Shown: one piece after another, positions 11,168 through 15,530 of the stretch
How positions within the stretch are numbered: position 1 is the first letter of the stretch
How the letters are laid out: the number at the start of each line of letters is the position of its first letter
From: Candidatus Cloacimonadota bacterium
Lineage (GTDB): Bacteria; Cloacimonadota; Cloacimonadia; Cloacimonadales; WRIO01
Length of the DNA: 15,530 nucleotides
NCBI GenBank assembly: GCA_029564175.1
Contig: JAKQQL010000139.1
Location: forward strand, 1-15,530
Direction of reading: 5' to 3'
The notes under the pieces: model-generated
The model's database searches: none
Told to the model about the DNA's origin: nothing
Seen by the model: the letters and a program-made list of their open reading frames with translations, nothing else
Translations under genes and position numbers: made by a program

Positions 11168-13291
11168 ATGAAAAAAAATGCCATCATATTATTCATTGTA
11201 TTGACTCTGGCTTCATTGTCAGCAAAACCAACTCCCCCAATAGCACCAGAAAAACCCGTAATTAAGTCTGTTCATGGGGTTGAATGGACAGATGAATACG
11301 ACTACATGAGAGAACATAAAAATCTGCCGGAAGTAATGAAGTACATTAAAGCAGAAAACAAATATACTCAAAAAGTATCAAAGTCCTTTCATAAACTGCA
11401 AAATCAAATATTTGATGAAATGAAAAACAGAATTCGTGAAGATGATGTGAGCGTACCCTACAAAAAAGGAGATTGGTTTTATTATTATGAAATCAAAAAA
11501 GGTCAGTCTTATGGTATCAATTATAGGATAAATCTGAAATCTAAAGAAAAACAAATCCTGCTTGATGAAAATAAAATGACAAAGGGAAAAGCTTTTTTCT
11601 CTGTTGGCACCTATCAGGTAAGCCCCAATGACTCTCTGCTGGCATATTCTGTCGATTTTGAAGGGGCTGAACAATACACCATGATGATTAAGAATATTAG
11701 AAATAACCAGCATTATTCTGAAAAGATTACCAATGCTGAAGGAGTCGTATGGTTTAATGATAGTAAAACTTTTCTTTATTCACTTCAGGATGAAAAATAT
11801 CGTACTTATCGTATTTATAAACATATTCTTGGCACTGACCCTGCAAACGATGAGTTGATTATGGAAGAAAATGATGAAGCCTTTTACCTATCAGCCGGAC
11901 TTTCACGAAGCAAAGAGTATATTATGATTAGTTCTTCCAGTAAAACAACTACTGAGAATTGGTATCTCTCAGCTAATCATCCAAATGATAAGCCAAAACT
12001 CATTAACTCCAGACGTACTAATATTGAAATCTATCCCGATCATTTTAATGGAAAATTTTTCATTTATTCAAATGAGTATGAAGCAAATTATCAGTATTAT
12101 GAAGTGCTAAATGAGAATGATTTTAACAAGACCCGTCTGCTGTTTTCAGGCAATCAAAGAAAGATACTCAACGATGTTTTGCATTTTAAAGATTATATGA
12201 TAGTATCAGAAAGAATAGATGGTCAAAATAGAATCCGTGTCATCAACAGAGAAAATGGCTATGAATTTTCACCTAATTTTGACAGTTCAAACTATTCTAT
12301 TGTATGCGATACCAATTTAGATCCTTATTCAGACAGCCTGAGATTTTCCTATGATTCCATGACAGAGCCTTCTATTCTATATCAGGTCAACTTGAAAGAA
12401 ATGGAATCTAATCCTCATTACAAACGGGAAAATTACCGGATTTTAAAACAATACAATCCACAGACCCCTTATGATAAAAGTTTGTATGAAGAAAAAACAG
12501 TTTATGTTGAGATTGACGAACAGACACAAATTCCGATGATGTTGGTTTATCGTAAAGACCTTTTTAAAGGAAATAATCCTTGTCTCTTGTATGCTTATGG
12601 GTCTTATGGCAGTTCTGAAGATCCCTATTTTTCATCAGCCCGTTTAAGTCTTCTGGATAGAGGCTGGATTTATGCCGTAGCTCAAATCCGTGGCGGAGGA
12701 GAACTTGGTAAAGAATGGCATGAACAGGGTCGTTTACTTAACCGTAAAAACACTTTTAATGATTTTATCGCCTGTGCAGAATACTTGATCAAAGAAGGCT
12801 ATACATCAAAAGAAAAACTCTCAATTAATGGTGGCAGTGCCGGCGGAATGCTGATTGGCGCAGTAATCAATCAGAGACCAGAGCTTTTTCATGCGGCGGT
12901 AGCTGACGTACCTTTTGTTGATGTATTAAGTACGATGTTGGATTCGACATTGGCTCTGACAATTCCAGAATATGAAGAATGGGGAAATCCATACGAAAAA
13001 GAATATTTTGATTATATCGCATCATACTCACCTTATGATCATGTGAAAGCGCAATCATATCCTTATTTATTAATTAATGCAGGATTTAGAGATTCACGCG
13101 TAGCTTACTGGGAACCATTGAAATGGACTGCTAAATTAAGAAAATTAAAACAGGATAAGCGTGTGCTTTTACTGAAAATGAATATGAATGAAGGACACAG
13201 CGGATCAGGTGACAGATATAGTTCTCTACGTGAAACAGCCTTTACATACGCATTTTTACTATGGACAATGGAAAAAGATCAATTAGAATAA
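11168..13291 (+). CDS. ptrB: Oligopeptidase B (protease II, S9A) with N-terminal signal peptide
   Basis: PPIAPEKP...HGVEWTDEYDYMR N-terminus; YAYGSYG; IRGGGELG; nucleophile GGSAGG; acidic S1 motif PEYEEWG; Asp in RDSRV; His in EGHSG. RBS AAGGA 11155-11159. Confidence 0.92.
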   Translation: MKKNAIILFIVLTLASLSAKPTPPIAPEKPVIKSVHGVEWTDEYDYMREHKNLPEVMKYIKAENKYTQKVSKSFHKLQNQIFDEMKNRIREDDVSVPYKKGDWFYYYEIKKGQSYGINYRINLKSKEKQILLDENKMTKGKAFFSVGTYQVSPNDSLLAYSVDFEGAEQYTMMIKNIRNNQHYSEKITNAEGVVWFNDSKTFLYSLQDEKYRTYRIYKHILGTDPANDELIMEENDEAFYLSAGLSRSKEYIMISSSSKTTTENWYLSANHPNDKPKLINSRRTNIEIYPDHFNGKFFIYSNEYEANYQYYEVLNENDFNKTRLLFSGNQRKILNDVLHFKDYMIVSERIDGQNRIRVINRENGYEFSPNFDSSNYSIVCDTNLDPYSDSLRFSYDSMTEPSILYQVNLKEMESNPHYKRENYRILKQYNPQTPYDKSLYEEKTVYVEIDEQTQIPMMLVYRKDLFKGNNPCLLYAYGSYGSSEDPYFSSARLSLLDRGWIYAVAQIRGGGELGKEWHEQGRLLNRKNTFNDFIACAEYLIKEGYTSKEKLSINGGSAGGMLIGAVINQRPELFHAAVADVPFVDVLSTMLDSTLALTIPEYEEWGNPYEKEYFDYIASYSPYDHVKAQSYPYLLINAGFRDSRVAYWEPLKWTAKLRKLKQDKRVLLLKMNMNEGHSGSGDRYSSLRETAFTYAFLLWTMEKDQLE

Positions 13292-13335
13292 AAAAATACT
13301 TGCATAATTTTATGACTTATGGAATTTCGTACTAA

Positions 13336-13360
13336 GTAGGGGAAGCAACCCTGCTTGCCA
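13336..13360 (+). repeat. REP-like GTAG-hairpin, copy 1
   Basis: GTAG-GGGAAGCA-ACCC-TGCTTGCC-A; stem pairs at 7 of 8 positions; 24/25 identical to 14380-14404. Confidence 0.75.
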
Positions 13361-13411
13361 AATCTAATCAGGTCGATTAGATCAGTGTAATCGTTTTAAA
13401 GTGAGGGAAAG

Positions 13412-14383
13412 ATGAAGATCGGAATAGTTGGTGCAACCGGTGAAGTCGGAATGATGATGATAAAAAATCTCGATGAATTTGAGATACCTGTAAAAGAACT
13501 CCGTTTGTTTGCCTCTTCGCGTTCTGCCGGAAAGAAAATCAAATTTAGAAATGATCATATAATAGTGGAAGAATTAACCGAAGAAAGTATGAAAGAATCC
13601 TTTGATTATTTATTGTATTCAGCCGGTTCAAAAGTCTCAAAAAAGTTTGCTCCTATAGCTGCTGAAGCAGGTAATACGGTAATTGATAACTCTTCTGCAT
13701 TCAGACGCGATGAAAAGATTCCTTTAATCGTACCCGAAATCAATGGCGACCTGTTACAAAATTATAAAGGTATCATCTCAAACCCAAACTGTTCCACCAT
13801 TCAACTGGTGCTGGCTTTAAAACCGCTTGATACACATTACAAAATTCAAAGAGTACTTGTTACTACTTTTCAATCAGTTTCTGGAGCAGGACATAAAGGA
13901 ATAATGACACTTGAAGAACAACGGCTTGGCTCTTATGAAAATGGCGAGTTTCCCCGTCATATAGACTTGAATGTGGTGCCTCAAATTGGTGAAATCAATG
14001 AGGAAGGCTACTGCGAAGAAGAAGAAAAAATACATTATGAATGTCGCCGTATTCTTGGTAAACCGGAACTGGAAGTGTGTGCAACAGTTACCCGCGTACC
14101 TGTGATGTATGGTCATTCAGAATCAGTATTTGTTCAATTTGAGAAAGAAGTAGAAATTTATAAGGTATGTAATGTGCTGAAAAAAGCACCGGCTGTTAAA
14201 TATGCTGAGAAATATATGACTGCCTATGAGCTGAAAAACTCTAATGAATCCCATGTTTCCAGAGTCAGACATGCTTATGACAACCATTCCATCCAGTTCT
14301 GGAATGTGGCGAATAATGTCAGATTAGGTGCAGCCACCAACGCTGTTAAGATTATGAAGTATATGATGGAATCGGATGTGTAG
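13412..14383 (+). CDS. asd: Aspartate-semialdehyde dehydrogenase
   Basis: Rossmann GIVGATGEVG; ASSRSAGK; VIDNSSAFR; catalytic NPNCST; TFQSVSGAG; RVPVMYGHSESV; C-terminal NNVRLGAATNAV. RBS GAGGG 13403-13407. Confidence 0.93.
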   Translation: MKIGIVGATGEVGMMMIKNLDEFEIPVKELRLFASSRSAGKKIKFRNDHIIVEELTEESMKESFDYLLYSAGSKVSKKFAPIAAEAGNTVIDNSSAFRRDEKIPLIVPEINGDLLQNYKGIISNPNCSTIQLVLALKPLDTHYKIQRVLVTTFQSVSGAGHKGIMTLEEQRLGSYENGEFPRHIDLNVVPQIGEINEEGYCEEEEKIHYECRRILGKPELEVCATVTRVPVMYGHSESVFVQFEKEVEIYKVCNVLKKAPAVKYAEKYMTAYELKNSNESHVSRVRHAYDNHSIQFWNVANNVRLGAATNAVKIMKYMMESDV

Positions 14384-14404
14384 GGCAAGCAACCCTGCTT
14401 GCCA
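14380..14404 (+). repeat. REP-like GTAG-hairpin, copy 2 (overlaps asd stop)
   Basis: GTAG-GGCAAGCA-ACCC-TGCTTGCC-A; perfect 8-bp stem with 4-nt loop. Confidence 0.8.
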
Positions 14405-14658
14405 TATATAAGGCTCATAGAATCGATTTTTCATGGTGTTTTTTTAGTATCTGGTTGTACAGCGCTTTGAAAGCTCCATTTAGTATATTTCTACTGATCA
14501 TTTTAGACATGTTTTTTATTTAATATATTTTATAATACATTAATATAATTTCATTAGTTTGCATTATAATATCTTATTTTTTAAAAGATTAAAAAAACAC
14601 ATAATTTATAGAGAAATAATAATATTGAAGATAAAAATAACAAAGTAGAGTAACTTTA

Positions 14659-14688
14659 ATTGCAATATATTGCAATGTATAGTATTAT
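14659..14688 (+). promoter_or_regulatory. 18-bp palindrome overlapping a candidate promoter
   Basis: ATTGCAATATATTGCAAT 14659-14676; TTGCAA 14660-14665 + 17 bp + TATTAT 14683-14688. Confidence 0.45.
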
Positions 14689-14744
14689 GAAAACACTTTT
14701 GATAAGCACTTTGAGAAAAAAATACAATTTTGCTGTTTTTTTTC

Positions 14745-14774
14745 TTGACATAGAGTCGTATATTTTTGTATTTT
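14745..14774 (+). promoter_or_regulatory. Candidate sigma70-type promoter upstream of the LamG-type gene
   Basis: TTGACA 14745-14750, 18-bp spacer, TATTTT 14769-14774 (weak -10). Confidence 0.35.
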
Positions 14775-14964
14775 TGAATAAACTTAAAAATTTTAAAATC
14801 AACAATGTAGATATGGGGTGTCGTTGGAATAGAAATCTTTTCTGATCAGGTATCAGAAAAAATGATATACAAGGGGGAGGTTTTTTATCATTTTAAGATT
14901 GAATTCATCGTAAACGTAACAAAATTTTTAGGGGTTTTATCTAAATTTTTTAGGAGGAAATATT

Positions 14965-15294
14965 ATGAAATCTGTTTATTTGCTTATATGGATATTTTGT
15001 AATCTGATTTGTCTTTGTGCAATTCCAGAAAATGGTCTGATTGCTTATTATCCTTTTAATAAAAATGCACATGATGAAAGCGGATATGGAAATAATGGGA
15101 TTGTTAATGAAACTATTTTATCGACAGATAGATTCAATGTGCCTGAATCGTCTTATTTATTTTCTGGAGAAAACAGTTATATTACAATTCCCTCACAATC
15201 TGTTAATAATCTGCAAAATGGAAGTATATGTGCATATTTTCTGATATTCATTGAAGGAGTTCAACATAGTCTCTTTGACAATAACGATTTTTAA
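14965..15294 (+). pseudogene. Truncated secreted LamG/concanavalin A-like jellyroll protein
   Basis: RBS AGGAGG 14952-14957; signal peptide; GLIAYYPFNKNAHDESGYGNNG...TDRF...YLFSG matches the usual start of LamG-like domains. The ORF stops after about 90 mature residues and I found no LamG-like continuation in any + frame. Confidence 0.6.
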
Positions 15295-15312
15295 AAAAAA
15301 TCAAAAATTTTA

Positions 15313-15341
15313 TTGACAACCGTATATAAAACAACTAAGAT
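15313..15341 (+). promoter_or_regulatory. Near-consensus sigma70-type promoter
   Basis: TTGACA 15313-15318, 17-bp spacer, TAAGAT 15336-15341; A-tracts upstream resemble an UP element. Confidence 0.7.
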
Positions 15342-15496
15342 AAATAACAACATAATTCTGATGATCTTTGATCATTAAGTAGTACAAAAAAGGATAACAT
15401 CTCAAAAGTTGGTGTAAAAAGATAAAAAAAAAGGTTGATCCAGATCCAACTCTTTGTTTTATTGAATTTGAAAATAAAAAAGACAAGGAGTAGATC

Positions 15497-15530
15497 ATGA
15501 ATCAACCAAAGACAAAGAAAAATGAGCCAA
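15497..15530 (+). CDS. 5' end of a downstream gene (partial; MNQPKTKKNEP...)
   Basis: AAGGAG 15485-15490, ATG at 15497, frame open to the window edge. Confidence 0.65.
   Translation, partial: MNQPKTKKNEP

Noticed and set aside
11163..11171. Mini-ORF ATG AAA TGA overlapping the ptrB start
   Set aside because: Only 3 nt from the SD, versus 8 nt for ATG 11168; likely chance in A-rich sequence.
13292..13411. Lysine riboswitch upstream of asd
   Set aside because: The 120-bp spacer is too short for the lysine aptamer plus expression platform, and much of it is occupied by the two hairpins.
1392..14116. Short alternative-frame and antisense ORFs inside the large genes (e.g. 1392-1598, 2222-2503, 3519-3854, 8128-8478, 11378-11713, 13874-14116)
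   Set aside because: Fully nested in well-supported genes with no recognisable motifs; typical shadow ORFs.
13336..14404. CRISPR repeats, IS ends or intrinsic terminators as the explanation for the 25-bp repeats
   Set aside because: Only two copies about 1 kb apart with no spacer array or cas genes; direct rather than inverted orientation and no transposase between them; no U-tract after either stem.
14660..14845. 61-aa ORF with TTG start
   Set aside because: No RBS; it starts inside the palindrome and spans promoter-like, low-complexity DNA.
15041..15498. ORFs 15041-15244 (+) and 15310-15498 (-), and phase-variable frameshift rescue of the LamG-type gene
   Set aside because: The first is a shadow frame of the LamG fragment and the second is antisense to a promoter and leader. 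No frame past the homopolymer continues the domain.

Overview
AT-rich bacterial chromosomal window with every credible gene on the + strand. In order: a possible 3' gene tail, a 1786-aa hybrid sensor kinase (beta-propeller/Y_Y_Y-TM-GAF-HisKA-HATPase-REC-REC-HPt), a REC-HisKA-HATPase partner, an intrinsic terminator and a 576-bp spacer, Lon protease overlapping a CE4-superfamily deacetylase-like gene, a signal-peptide-bearing oligopeptidase B, asd, an AT-rich spacer, a truncated secreted LamG-type gene, and the promoter and start of a further gene. I saw no RNA genes, CRISPR arrays or transposases. The best non-coding signals are: (i) two 25-bp GTAG-hairpin (REP-like) direct repeats bracketing asd, one of which supplies its stop codon; (ii) five nested complementary blocks over ~380 nt upstream of lon; (iii) an 18-bp perfect palindrome over a candidate promoter. 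All calls come from motif reading by eye without database searches. I cannot claim a wholly new system; these are candidates.
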